A stretch of DNA of 64,000 nucleotides from an uncultured virus (IMG/VR IMGVR_UViG_3300035701_006463) (taxonomy: Duplodnaviria > Heunggongvirae > Uroviricota > Caudoviricetes), in IMG/VR virus record IMGVR_UViG_3300035701_006463, one strand, 5' to 3'. A program made the translations under genes and the position numbers. Shown here piece after piece: positions 38,867 through 48,733 of this stretch. Position 1 is the stretch's first letter; every line of letters begins with the position of its first letter. The notes beneath the pieces are model-generated. The model searched no databases. It had not been told where the DNA came from and saw only the letters and a list, made by a program, of their open reading frames with translations.

Positions 38867-40405
38867 CTATGAACCAACCTTCGGCTTCTCAATCTGGCCA
38901 CTGAATCTATCTACACCCACGACCCCTTCCTCATCCACCCTTTCGTACCACACAACATCCCTCCCCATCACCACCTCTGTCACACTCCTCAACTGACCCG
39001 ACACCACCATCGAGTCCAGCACATCCCTCAGGTCGCCCGGCTTCCACCGCGTCCACTTGCACAATCGACTAAACGTCGGCTTCTCCCGCCGTTCATTCAT
39101 CAACTTATCCAATATATACAACAGCTTCTCCTGATCATTCCTATAATCCCTCACCACGCCCTTCCTGACATTCGGCGCCACCTCGTACATCCTCCTATAA
39201 TGCCCCAGATGCCTATTCATCTTCGCAATCGCCCACTTCGCATCCTCCACATTGATCACCACCTTTCCGCCCTCCGGCACGTACCCGGGACCCTCCTCAT
39301 ACGCCTCCAACGCATACCTCCCCACGCAGTGAACCATCGCCAACTTCATCGCATTTTGTGCCAACCGCCCAATCAAATTGGCATCCTTATTGAACAAATC
39401 CTCCTTGATCTTACTTATAGCGCTGTTGTACATCTCCAGCCTGTACCTATCCAACTCGCTGCTACCATAAAAATCCAACGATATCACCATGTCCTCCGGC
39501 AGGTACCGTATCGCCATCAACTTCCCAACCAACTCCGAAAAGACCCTCTTATCCTCCTCCTCCTCCTTCACGCCCCAGAAGAACTCCAATTTCATCATCT
39601 CCTTCTCCACGTCCACCACGTTCCTATTATCCAAATCATCGAATACCCACAGTATCCGTGTCCCAGTCCCCTGTATGAAAAAATCGTCATCCATAAAATT
39701 CAGCAGATAATACGTCGTCGCCGAAACAAAACTCACATACGCATCCTCCGGGTACTCCACGCCACGGCTAGCCGTCACGTACTTATCCGCCTCACAATCA
39801 TACAACCTACTCATATCCTCCATATTGTCCACCAAGAAATCCTTCCTAGCCGCCCCCTTGAACATCTTCGAGTACTCATCCCCTACTATTATACACTGTG
39901 GCTGGTGCATCAGGAACAACCCCAGTCCCTCCGACGTGAACTTCGACGGGCCCTCCAAGTCCACGAATTTAGCCTGTATCCTCTCCAGCTTCTCCCTCAT
40001 ATCCTTCCACGCCTTCGACAACCTGTTCCCCGCACCTTTCGCACTGGTCTTCTCCAAGTCGCTGTCCTTCAACGCTTGTTTGAACTGTTCATACGTCATC
40101 CCACCCTTCAAACACATTTCATTATTCAAGCGCCTCGTGACCTCCCTTATTATCATCCTAACCACCTTATTCGGCACTGTCTTGAACGATACCGCAGAAG
40201 CTCCAATATCTATCACAAAAATATTTGCACAAAGCTCCCCATACAGATTCACCATGTGCCTATCTCTCCCTATCATCGTCGATACCAGCGCGCAAGCCAA
40301 CGACTCTATCCAGTCCGGGTGCGTCTTTATCTTCCCATTCTGCCACAAATACTCCCCCAGCTCCCTCACCAACCCCGACGAGGTCAAGCTACCCAGACCA
40401 GACAT
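38867..40405 (-). CDS. DUF3987-like P-loop ATPase (putative replicative helicase) with C-terminal wHTH
   Basis: GASAVSFKT, IIVGDE, FFIQGTGTR. Confidence 0.65.
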   Translation of the reverse strand: MSGLGSLTSSGLVRELGEYLWQNGKIKTHPDWIESLACALVSTMIGRDRHMVNLYGELCANIFVIDIGASAVSFKTVPNKVVRMIIREVTRRLNNEMCLKGGMTYEQFKQALKDSDLEKTSAKGAGNRLSKAWKDMREKLERIQAKFVDLEGPSKFTSEGLGLFLMHQPQCIIVGDEYSKMFKGAARKDFLVDNMEDMSRLYDCEADKYVTASRGVEYPEDAYVSFVSATTYYLLNFMDDDFFIQGTGTRILWVFDDLDNRNVVDVEKEMMKLEFFWGVKEEEEDKRVFSELVGKLMAIRYLPEDMVISLDFYGSSELDRYRLEMYNSAISKIKEDLFNKDANLIGRLAQNAMKLAMVHCVGRYALEAYEEGPGYVPEGGKVVINVEDAKWAIAKMNRHLGHYRRMYEVAPNVRKGVVRDYRNDQEKLLYILDKLMNERREKPTFSRLCKWTRWKPGDLRDVLDSMVVSGQLRSVTEVVMGRDVVWYERVDEEGVVGVDRFSGQIEKPKVGS

Positions 40406-41343
40406 TACCCCTCTCCTCCTTCCTCTTCCACCTTCTCTTCCGGCTTCTCCTCCACCTTCACATCAACTTTTTCTTCTCCTTCCTTTCTCTTCATCCTATA
40501 AAAGATCGGATACTTTGGATACGTACTCCCCCGGCCCGGACTACACATCCTCAACGCTTCTATGCTGGAGCGACTAGCCACATCCAACAACATATAAAAA
40601 TCAAACAGCTCAATCCCATCCAAATACCTAGGCGCATTATCAAACAACCAAGGAAACATGTTCTCCTTCACGTCCATCACATTCCCCTTCTGGAAGAATT
40701 CCGAAACAATTCCAAACACATTCTTCTCCTCATACCCGCCCCCGCCATACATCGTGGATACCACAGCATTCCTAATATCGCTACCAACATTACTATAATC
40801 AATCTTCTCCGAACCTCCCACGATCTCCCTCTCCGCTATCTTCCTGACCGCCGCCACAACTGTATCCAGCCTCGGGCGCCTCAGACTTATATATATACAC
40901 TTCTCCTTCACATCGGCCGGTATCCGCCACGCCTCGTTCGCTGTCATCACTATCGGATGTTTTGTCGTCTGCAGCATATTCCTCAACGTTGCCCACGCAC
41001 TGAGATAGTCGATCTCATCCAATAGAAAAATATACTTCTCACCAAACGGACTCTCCTGTTGTACCCTCATCGCTATCTCATCCAGCTCACCCTTCCTCCT
41101 CTCATCCGAAGCGTTTGTCTCAATCACGGTATATCCATGTTCTTCAGCCACAGCATACACTGCTGATGTTTTGCCAATTCCGGAGCCAGATGTTAACAAC
41201 ACTGGAGTTCCGTCCCGCACCATTTCCCAGAGCTGGGCGTGTGACTTCGGATTTCCTACTAGGTCACTTAACTTCTTTGGAGCGTACTTTCTTGTCATCA
41301 TTTTTTCACTCACTCCTCTGGCTTCTCCGGTTGTGCGAACCAA
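40405..41343 (-). CDS. rfcL: Replication factor C large subunit-like (true start probably 41313 or 41301)
   Basis: KYAPKKLSDLVG, GSGIGKT, IETNASDER, LLDEID. Confidence 0.85.
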   Translation of the reverse strand: MVRTTGEARGVSEKMMTRKYAPKKLSDLVGNPKSHAQLWEMVRDGTPVLLTSGSGIGKTSAVYAVAEEHGYTVIETNASDERRKGELDEIAMRVQQESPFGEKYIFLLDEIDYLSAWATLRNMLQTTKHPIVMTANEAWRIPADVKEKCIYISLRRPRLDTVVAAVRKIAEREIVGGSEKIDYSNVGSDIRNAVVSTMYGGGGYEEKNVFGIVSEFFQKGNVMDVKENMFPWLFDNAPRYLDGIELFDFYMLLDVASRSSIEALRMCSPGRGSTYPKYPIFYRMKRKEGEEKVDVKVEEKPEEKVEEEGGEG

Positions 41344-41501
41344 TCCGATACATTCATCTGCCTCGACATCTCCTTCTCCAGTGCTCTTCTTCTCGATACC
41401 TTTTCCACCCCAAACAACCTGTTATAACATACCAACCCAAACCTCCTAACTATGCTCTTTGGATTGGTTAGCGTCCTGCCACACCTCTGGCAGCTTGTCA
41501 T
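41310..41501 (-). CDS. DUF6011-like Zn-finger protein with PIP box
   Basis: CQRCGRTLTNPKSIVRRFGLVC; QMNVSDWF. Confidence 0.7.
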   Translation of the reverse strand: MTSCQRCGRTLTNPKSIVRRFGLVCYNRLFGVEKVSRRRALEKEMSRQMNVSDWFAQPEKPEE

Positions 41502-41615
41502 TTTAACTCCTCTCCTGTGGTGACTCTACCTGTGTTTGTGATCATTTTTGATGTTATTAGGATAGATAATATAATTAGATCTCCCTCCAACAAAGCCTTT
41601 TTACCACCCCAACGG

Positions 41616-42731
41616 TCATCTAAACCATTCTCCAACATTCATTTTCGGCTCCTTTATGGCACATACCTTCTTTTTCATATCCACAGCTGTGCTACTACAA
41701 GCATCCAGGAACTCATCCATCCCGCGCTTTAACACATCGAATGAAAAATTCTTTACTATATTCTCCCTTCCATGTGCCGTTATCTCCTTTCTAAGTTCGG
41801 AATTGTTTAACAATGCCTCAGCCTTTTCATAAAAGTTATTCTCGTTAAACTGCACAGCGAATGGAAAGTCACTGACAAAATTCGTCCCCTCCAATATCAT
41901 CACTGGATGAAATAACGCATGCTCTAGTAACCACATTCCAAACGTCTCAACTAACTGTGGTTGTACCCCAACTCTACCCATGGCTAACCACTCATCGTAT
42001 TGAGGATGCTGGATGAAACCTGTGACGTGGTTAACGTTTGTATATGGCTCAAGCACCTCTTTCTCACCACATGTCCTAATTGTCCAAGTGCGTGCTGGCA
42101 CCTTCTTCACTAACTTATTCAACAATGCTGCATTCTCCCACTGGTCGCCCATAACAAGCGACGAGAAATCGTACTCCTCTTTAACCACAATAGGATACTC
42201 AAACGCCGGAATGGGCATGATATGCACCCTCTCCTGTGGGTGTCCGGCAGCTATCAGCTTCCGAGCTGTACTCTGTAACTGTGGAATGAAATGGAAAGCG
42301 CGAAACATCGATACAAGATCATTATCCACATCCATCACTTTATCAACCTTTTGATAGCCCGCGAACAGGTTCGGATCGTGCGTATACAAACCCGTCATGC
42401 CCTGCAACTCCAATGCATAGAGTGGTAAGCCCAACCCATATGTCCCAGCTATTATCCCGTCGTAATTGTTATTCGGCAGTATCTCCAACAAAGCCTTCAT
42501 CAACGGGTGAAAATCAAAGAACGGAAGCTCCGTTCTATGCGTAAACTTCCAGTAATAAGGCATTCCATACTCTTCTGTTTTAACCCGATACGTCGCCGGT
42601 ATATGTGCAGCTTTCGTCCCACCAATTATGAGTGTGTCCACATCAACGACTTGTCTGAGTGCCTTTAAAAACACATTCACCGACATCCCCCTGAAATTTG
42701 TGTCTATGTATAGTATTTTTCTAATGGTCAT
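41616..42731 (-). CDS. GT-B fold glycosyltransferase inside the replication module
   Basis: QPQLVETFGMWLLE...GRENIVKNFS. Confidence 0.7.
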   Translation of the reverse strand: MTIRKILYIDTNFRGMSVNVFLKALRQVVDVDTLIIGGTKAAHIPATYRVKTEEYGMPYYWKFTHRTELPFFDFHPLMKALLEILPNNNYDGIIAGTYGLGLPLYALELQGMTGLYTHDPNLFAGYQKVDKVMDVDNDLVSMFRAFHFIPQLQSTARKLIAAGHPQERVHIMPIPAFEYPIVVKEEYDFSSLVMGDQWENAALLNKLVKKVPARTWTIRTCGEKEVLEPYTNVNHVTGFIQHPQYDEWLAMGRVGVQPQLVETFGMWLLEHALFHPVMILEGTNFVSDFPFAVQFNENNFYEKAEALLNNSELRKEITAHGRENIVKNFSFDVLKRGMDEFLDACSSTAVDMKKKVCAIKEPKMNVGEWFR

Positions 42732-43003
42732 TCTATCTCCCGTCCATATATGTCCACTTTTCGATCCGCCATGTGATGGTGCTTCCAACACATGGTCATC
42801 AAATTCGGCGGGCTGTCTATATCAAAGCCGGCTATATACTTATACCTCCTCGGAACGATATGATGCACCGTCAGCTCCTCTGTTGCACCGCACACGTGAC
42901 ACCTGAACCCGTCCCGCTCCATTATATCGGCGCTAAGGTCCCGCCACTCTTCCGACGCGTAGAACTCCTCGTCCGATGTGTAGTCGTATGTCATATCATT
43001 CAC
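42728..43003 (-). CDS. HNH endonuclease
   Basis: RDGFRCHVCG...VHHIVP...NLMTMCWKHH. Confidence 0.88.
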   Translation of the reverse strand: MNDMTYDYTSDEEFYASEEWRDLSADIMERDGFRCHVCGATEELTVHHIVPRRYKYIAGFDIDSPPNLMTMCWKHHHMADRKVDIYGREIE

Positions 43004-43442
43004 CCGTCTTCGGTCTAAACTCTCTCATATTTAGCAGCTCACGTAGTGCCGATGTCATCTGTTCAGAGTCAATGAACACCTTATGCATCCTGTTATGTTC
43101 TACTCCAAATTTGACCCACTCAGTATAGTTTTCTGGATCTTTCGCTAATTCTAAGTCTCTTTCTTTTTCTATCACACGGTACACTATTATATGTAGGTCC
43201 TCGTGATAAAAACCCCACATCACAACATCCATAAACGGCACATAACACTTCCTCTTTTCATCCCGTATACATATGTCTTCCGGGTTTATATTTTCAGGAA
43301 ATGTGGCACTGAATGGACTCGAAAAATCAAACAGTATCGTCTCACTAGCCGGTACGCAGCCTATTCTACCATCATCCAGTTCAAAGAATTTTTCCGCAAA
43401 TTCCTCATTATCAGAGTCTATGCATACATTCAAACAAACCAC
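42996..43442 (-). CDS. Hypothetical protein
   Basis: 148-aa coupled ORF. Confidence 0.6.
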   Translation of the reverse strand: MVCLNVCIDSDNEEFAEKFFELDDGRIGCVPASETILFDFSSPFSATFPENINPEDICIRDEKRKCYVPFMDVVMWGFYHEDLHIIVYRVIEKERDLELAKDPENYTEWVKFGVEHNRMHKVFIDSEQMTSALRELLNMREFRPKTGE

Positions 43443-44026
43443 ATCCCAACTGAGAATTTACTTTTTACAACCATACACATCTTCTTGACCACATTCAGTG
43501 GATATACTCTTTTTAACACAACACCATGATAGGCACATGTGGTAAATAAATTCACGCCGTTTGCCTCAGGCTTCTCTAGGGTGACTGGATCAAGTGGTTT
43601 TTCGGCTCTAATGAATTCTTCTGCACTCTCCCTCAGCCGTTTATTCAGCGAGGGTTGGTAATAATAAACACAAGCTAATTGTTTATCCGACCAATCTTCA
43701 TGAATCTTTCTTAACTTTTCCATGTGAGAAGTAAGATTAAATTCTTCTATCACCAAGAACATGGTGGGCTCGTGCTCATTGACCAGTTCATAAACAAATG
43801 TATCAGTGAGCATAGGTATGTCCAATTGTCTATACCCGTCTAAGCTTGCAATATCTGGGAAGAATTCCGCCTTCGGTGGGCATTCTTTTCTGGTTCCATA
43901 CATTCTACATCCACTTGGGTTAGTGTATCTCTTCTCACCGGACTTTAATTTGTGCTCTCCATAGGGTAGTTTACACCAGTCCTGAACATGTTTGGCAAAC
44001 ATTATTTTTCTCACAGGTACAATCAT
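43430..44026 (-). CDS. DUF2284-like metal-binding protein
   Basis: GCRMYG...CPP, PEANGVNLFTT. Confidence 0.65.
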   Translation of the reverse strand: MIVPVRKIMFAKHVQDWCKLPYGEHKLKSGEKRYTNPSGCRMYGTRKECPPKAEFFPDIASLDGYRQLDIPMLTDTFVYELVNEHEPTMFLVIEEFNLTSHMEKLRKIHEDWSDKQLACVYYYQPSLNKRLRESAEEFIRAEKPLDPVTLEKPEANGVNLFTTCAYHGVVLKRVYPLNVVKKMCMVVKSKFSVGMWFV

Positions 44027-44559
44027 TGGTAGGCCTTCTCACATGGTGCTCTAACAACCTTTCCGTCCGCCTGTAACAAAATATGACTACATTCTTCACA
44101 GTGGCTTGGATCATAGAAGTTTCTTGATACCTCAACGTCCTGATCCGGTATATTTCTACCACGTCCCTGTGGTATGAATTTCAGTAGATGCACTGTGGAT
44201 GCCTCTTCACGTGTTGGAATGTACGCGTTGAGCCCCGGCACTATATCTACATTTGCCTCCACCTTAACCCCATGTATGACCCTTGAATTGAACATTATAT
44301 GCTTGAGAGCGTTAGTGTAGACCCTCACATCTGCACATATCGAATAGCAGAATTTCAAGATATCGAGGAATTGGGGATGTGCTAGCGGCTCACCACCGGA
44401 TATATTGATTCGGGTTACATCCGTTTGCTTCTCTAGGAAATCTGTGATAACGTCATAGGGAAGATGTTTACCCTCACTGGAGGCATTTGAAGAGCATTCA
44501 GGGCACTCAAACGGGCAATACTGAGTAATTTCAATCGTTATTTCTGTCAAACAAACCAC
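44023..44559 (-). CDS. Small radical SAM protein
   Basis: CPFECPEC, ISGGEPLAHP, YTN. Confidence 0.88.
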   Translation of the reverse strand: MVCLTEITIEITQYCPFECPECSSNASSEGKHLPYDVITDFLEKQTDVTRINISGGEPLAHPQFLDILKFCYSICADVRVYTNALKHIMFNSRVIHGVKVEANVDIVPGLNAYIPTREEASTVHLLKFIPQGRGRNIPDQDVEVSRNFYDPSHCEECSHILLQADGKVVRAPCEKAYQ

Positions 44560-44798
44560 ACCCTACCATCTCCCTCCCTCGCTTGCAGCCTGAGCATGAG
44601 CACTGCCACGACTGCCAGTGGAAAGCTCACAACAAGGACCACCCAGAACACGGGGCTACATTGTACCTCACCGATTGTTCCGTATGGCTCCTGTTGAAAC
44701 AACTCCACTGGTCCGTGTATCGCTACCACTGTCAAACAGAATATAGCCACGATCGTGGATACGCCCGCCACTATGAGTAAGCGGTCGTTTTTTTTCAC
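44547..44798 (-). CDS. 2-TM membrane protein
   Basis: Hydrophobic profile. Confidence 0.55.
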   Translation of the reverse strand: MKKNDRLLIVAGVSTIVAIFCLTVVAIHGPVELFQQEPYGTIGEVQCSPVFWVVLVVSFPLAVVAVLMLRLQAREGDGRVWFV

Positions 44799-45529
44799 AC
44801 AAACAACCTCCCAACATCCACTTCCTTTGTTATGTTTAACAACCGTTTGTTGGCGATTTCAATATAATCTGGGTTGATCTCAAATCCTACATAATTCCTT
44901 CCTGTTAATTTACATGCTATAGCTGTTGTTCCACTCCCCATAAACGGATCCAAAACTGTGTCACCCTCATTCGAGAAAAAGCGGACGAGCCTTATCATTA
45001 GATCGAGTGGTTTTTGTGTTGGGTGCTTAACTCCCTCTTTGTCCTTCGGGGTAATTCTGTTGTGAACAAGAACGTCTGGTAAAAATTCCCACTCACTACT
45101 CCTTGGATTCTTACCCTTTATCCAAAACCAAACTTCAAACCTTCTTCCTAAACCGTTACCGGATGGCCCAGCACCGTTCGGTTTGTACCATATCCCCATG
45201 TATGTGGTATTTAAGCCTGCTAACTCCACAATGTGGAGAAAATCATGTATCCTCTCTATCGAGCCACTCCAAAAAAAGACTATGTCTCTTCTTGACACCC
45301 TGTAACATTCTTTGAGTATGGGGACGAGTTCTTTTTCCAGTTCATTGGTTGTTTTTCTAGCCACACCAACAGAATGATCCGCGAACTCTACATCATAGTT
45401 GATCCCGACACCATAGTCGGGATCTGTGATCACCACATCCACCGAGTTGTCCGGCATTTTTTTCATACCTACTAAGCAGTCCTCAAGGAAGATTTCGTTA
45501 AGTTTTAATGGTTCAGTATGTTCTGTCAC
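44795..45529 (-). CDS. DNA N4/N6 methyltransferase (beta class), catalytic motif variant DPDY
   Basis: ITDPDY, HPTQKP, VLDPFMGSGTT. Confidence 0.9.
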   Translation of the reverse strand: MTEHTEPLKLNEIFLEDCLVGMKKMPDNSVDVVITDPDYGVGINYDVEFADHSVGVARKTTNELEKELVPILKECYRVSRRDIVFFWSGSIERIHDFLHIVELAGLNTTYMGIWYKPNGAGPSGNGLGRRFEVWFWIKGKNPRSSEWEFLPDVLVHNRITPKDKEGVKHPTQKPLDLMIRLVRFFSNEGDTVLDPFMGSGTTAIACKLTGRNYVGFEINPDYIEIANKRLLNITKEVDVGRLFV

Positions 45530-46140
45530 TTAAACAGCCTCCCAACATCGTACCCTACCTTTCCCCACACTATACAATAATTCCCCATCAACATCCACTC
45601 CGTGCCCAACATAGCTGTGCCAGTCGCAGAAAGTTCCCAAATAACCATATCCTTGAGTACTAGGTTCTTGAACTGTTTCATAAACTGTATCACGTCAGAA
45701 TGCAGTGGATACATCACTTTATCCCTCCTAAGATCTCCGGTAACAACAATCAGGTGTCCTCCCGGTTGTAGCACCCTCTCCGCCTCCAGCAACGTTTTTC
45801 CCAACTCCCCCACAAAGGTTTCATATGTTTCGCAATTCGATAGGTCTCTGGGGTCGTCAGAGTACTTTATAGCCGTCCAGTACGGTGGGTGTGACAACAC
45901 CCCATCGAACTCACTGTCTATCCATTCCAGCCGCCTCGCGTCCTGTCCCTTTTCTATGCTGACTGTCTCCCACCGCAGCCCAAGTTGTGTGGCTACTTTT
46001 TGTGGCGTCTCACCCCCGTGGAACTGTTCTAGCCACTTCTGGTTTGGTACACTGTATTTTGACAGTAAGTAGTATACCAATCCGGAGTCTAGTCCTCCGC
46101 GGTGGTCATGTCGCTCGTATGGACTTCTGAAGATACTCAA
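45526..46140 (-). CDS. DNA/RNA amino-methyltransferase
   Basis: EQFHGG, SHPPYW, RVLQPGG. Confidence 0.78.
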   Translation of the reverse strand: MSIFRSPYERHDHRGGLDSGLVYYLLSKYSVPNQKWLEQFHGGETPQKVATQLGLRWETVSIEKGQDARRLEWIDSEFDGVLSHPPYWTAIKYSDDPRDLSNCETYETFVGELGKTLLEAERVLQPGGHLIVVTGDLRRDKVMYPLHSDVIQFMKQFKNLVLKDMVIWELSATGTAMLGTEWMLMGNYCIVWGKVGYDVGRLFK

Positions 46141-46153
46141 GTATACCCACCAA

Positions 46154-47593
46154 CTACTTAGATAAAGTCACATTTTTATATGGTAGTATTGGATTTTTAC
46201 CTTTAAACAATTCTTCTAATGTAATTATTTGGAGTCGTGGTATTGGTTGCCCAGCTCCAAAGAAATAAGTTACATCTTTTGGCTCTTCTGCAAAGCCTAA
46301 TGTTGATGCCTCAGTCCGCATCCCTATTGTTGGTTCTTCGAGAGTAATGAATATTCCAGCATATGCATTTTCTCTTTCTATAGTGCCACGAAAATCTCTT
46401 ATTGCACCAAGACTTATAGCTCCACCCTTGATTTGGACAACAACAGTTTGAGTTTGTTTACCATGCTCACCATAAAGGTATATTACACCGTCTACACCTT
46501 TGTCCGGGCTTCTTGGTCTAGCGCCAACCAGACTCAATGCCCAGTATTCGAATTGTTTTTTATTTTGGCTTGCTAGAAATTTAGCACTTTCTAGATCTTT
46601 AGGAACACCTTTTATTTCGATATTTAAATTTGGGAAATTTTGTTTAAGTCTACTTGTGATTAAGTTTATTGCTAAGTATGTTATGTCTATTCCAATCCAT
46701 TTTCTATTAAGTTTTTGTGCAGCTGCAACAGTTGTTCCACAACCACAGAAGGGATCAAGAACAACATCGCCTTCATTCGTGGACGTTTTGATTATTCGTT
46801 CTAATAGTGCCAAAGGTTTTTGTGTAGGATAACCTAGCCTTTCTTTTAACTCTCCTATATGCCAAGTTGGTCTTATATCGTCCCACCAATCACTTATCCT
46901 CTTCCCTTTTGTTTCGTCTAAATATTGCTTGTAACTACCTTTTCCTTTGGACTGAAGTTGATACAAACGCCCATCCTCATCCTTGTTCTTAAAGAAGGTG
47001 GAAACATAACTTGGGTTATACTCTCTAAATAAAATATTAAATTTGAATTTTTCACTTTTGGTATAAAATAATATAGTTTCATGTTTTCCCGGGAATACTC
47101 TAATTTTTGGATGTTCACGCCCACTATAACACCATATTATTTCATTTTTAAAATTTTTGGCCCCAAATATGGAATCCATCACAATTTTTAAATAATGACT
47201 GGCGGTTGGGTCGCAATGAAGATAAATTGAACCTGTATTTTTTAAAACTTTATGCATTTCCAATAATCTAACTGTCATCATAACCAAATATGCACTCATA
47301 TCATTTGTGCCCAAGAAATCGTGTAATGATTTTACTAATTGGCTCACTTTTTGTGGGACGTTTGAGTTCTCTATTAAGTAACGGTAGTTTATTTCCGTAT
47401 CCGTATCCCAGTGCCATGTATCTGTAAAGGCTTCTATTTGAGCTTGTGATTTCTCTCCCGAAGGCTCTTTATATAATATATTGTAGTTGGCATTCGAATT
47501 GAAAGGTGGGTCTAGATATATTAAATCAATGGATTCGTTTTCTATATATTTTTTTAATATTCCTAGGTTATCTCCATACCAAAGTGTATTCAT
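46154..47593 (-). CDS. DNA adenine methyltransferase fused to Mrr-like endonuclease domain
   Basis: YLDPPFNS, YPTQKP, LDPFCGCGTT; C-terminal DKGVDG...VQIKG. Confidence 0.88.
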   Translation of the reverse strand: MNTLWYGDNLGILKKYIENESIDLIYLDPPFNSNANYNILYKEPSGEKSQAQIEAFTDTWHWDTDTEINYRYLIENSNVPQKVSQLVKSLHDFLGTNDMSAYLVMMTVRLLEMHKVLKNTGSIYLHCDPTASHYLKIVMDSIFGAKNFKNEIIWCYSGREHPKIRVFPGKHETILFYTKSEKFKFNILFREYNPSYVSTFFKNKDEDGRLYQLQSKGKGSYKQYLDETKGKRISDWWDDIRPTWHIGELKERLGYPTQKPLALLERIIKTSTNEGDVVLDPFCGCGTTVAAAQKLNRKWIGIDITYLAINLITSRLKQNFPNLNIEIKGVPKDLESAKFLASQNKKQFEYWALSLVGARPRSPDKGVDGVIYLYGEHGKQTQTVVVQIKGGAISLGAIRDFRGTIERENAYAGIFITLEEPTIGMRTEASTLGFAEEPKDVTYFFGAGQPIPRLQIITLEELFKGKNPILPYKNVTLSK

Positions 47594-47628
47594 ATGTTAT
47601 ACACCACCGAATATTTTTTTACCCATAC

Positions 47629-47742
47629 TCAGCACCTCTCATCTATATTGATTTTATCATTTATAAATTTTATGATAGTAGGTAGTATGTTTAGCTCACC
47701 ACGGTGGTCGTGCCACTCGTATGGGCTCCTAAAAATTGACAT
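47629..47742 (-). pseudogene. Orphaned 5' end of the 45526..46140 methyltransferase
   Basis: MSIFRSPYEWHDHRGELN vs MSIFRSPYERHDHRGGLD. Confidence 0.8.
47652..47676 (-). promoter_or_regulatory. Class 1 promoter variant
   Basis: Minus strand ATCATAAAATTTATAAATGATAAAA. Confidence 0.75.
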
Positions 47743-47839
47743 TTTGCTCAAGCCACTCCTTAACCTTTTTGATAATTTGAACTCCTTTCTCATGTGGAGA
47801 TTGATCAAACAGCTGGAGGGTGAGGGGATTGGGCATTAT

Positions 47840-48733
47840 CTATTCCTTTGCTTTTATCTCATCATCAGTTTTTTCTGGTGCAGGAAGTTCGGGTATTGAC
47901 GGGGCTTCTGGTAAGGCTGCAATTCGTTTTGTCATTTCTATTAACTCAGCATTTTTGGCTATTATTGCCTTCTTTATGTCACCTTTAATTTCTACTTGTG
48001 TATCCAGCAATCTCCTACCTGTGGTAACGGTCCTCTTCAAATCTGCTAGATGCCATTTGCCTGAAAGTTCTGTATATAGTTGATAGTCTGCCGGAGCCCA
48101 TGTAGGATCGAAACCTACCTTTAATGGGTATATTACAGGTAGTTTGTTTTCTTCCATTATCATAACTACCCACTGAAAGATTAGGTATTTGTGTGAGAAG
48201 TGTGGGTCTTTTAGTATCTCTACCCACCTCCTAATTTCTTTTATACTTTTTTCTGCCCCAGCGATCTCTGCAATACTAACTAATGTTTCTTGTGATTCTT
48301 TAATCTCTGATACTTTCCAAGAATCTAACAGCTTAATGTATTCTGGTAGTTTATCCACCATTTCCCATAGTGATCGGTACGCCTCTATGTCTTTTAATAT
48401 CGTCTTCCATATAGAACGGAGTCTTTTCCTGTTCTTTTTAATAATACAGTCCACTAAGTCCTTTTTCTGTTTCGCATAGCCCTCAGCCGAGGTGATAAAG
48501 TCCTTGTCATAACCATAAACTTTATTCATAAGGTTCTCTAAACAATTTGGGATTGTAATTATTTCGGACTGAGTTGACTCATCATAATCCACCTTTGAAA
48601 TTTCTTGTATTGCTTTGGAAACCTTTTCTTGTTCTGGTTTTTCTTTTACAGTCACTCTATCTTCACTTTCTGGATTCGTTAGTAAGTCTCGAATCCAGTT
48701 TGAGAGGTCTTCAAGCCCCACAAATTTCACCAT
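47840..48733 (-). CDS. Hypothetical helical protein coupled to the ParB gene
   Basis: 297 aa. Confidence 0.65.
   Translation of the reverse strand: MVKFVGLEDLSNWIRDLLTNPESEDRVTVKEKPEQEKVSKAIQEISKVDYDESTQSEIITIPNCLENLMNKVYGYDKDFITSAEGYAKQKKDLVDCIIKKNRKRLRSIWKTILKDIEAYRSLWEMVDKLPEYIKLLDSWKVSEIKESQETLVSIAEIAGAEKSIKEIRRWVEILKDPHFSHKYLIFQWVVMIMEENKLPVIYPLKVGFDPTWAPADYQLYTELSGKWHLADLKRTVTTGRRLLDTQVEIKGDIKKAIIAKNAELIEMTKRIAALPEAPSIPELPAPEKTDDEIKAKE

Noticed and set aside
38252..41025. Long + strand ORFs 38252..38821, 39200..40501, 39825..40577 and 40225..41025
   Set aside because: Shadow frames of the C-rich, stop-poor region; the real genes are UDG in another frame and the minus-strand helicase and RFC.
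41540..41610. Minus-strand CTA-N9-TCTATC-CTA-N9 resembling the guide loop
   Set aside because: Lacks the AAA linker and any complementary 3' arm; AT-rich, so chance is plausible.
44547..44560. GRVWFV ending as a PIP box
   Set aside because: Membrane protein; the ending is dictated by overlap with the next gene's GTG GTT TGT start.
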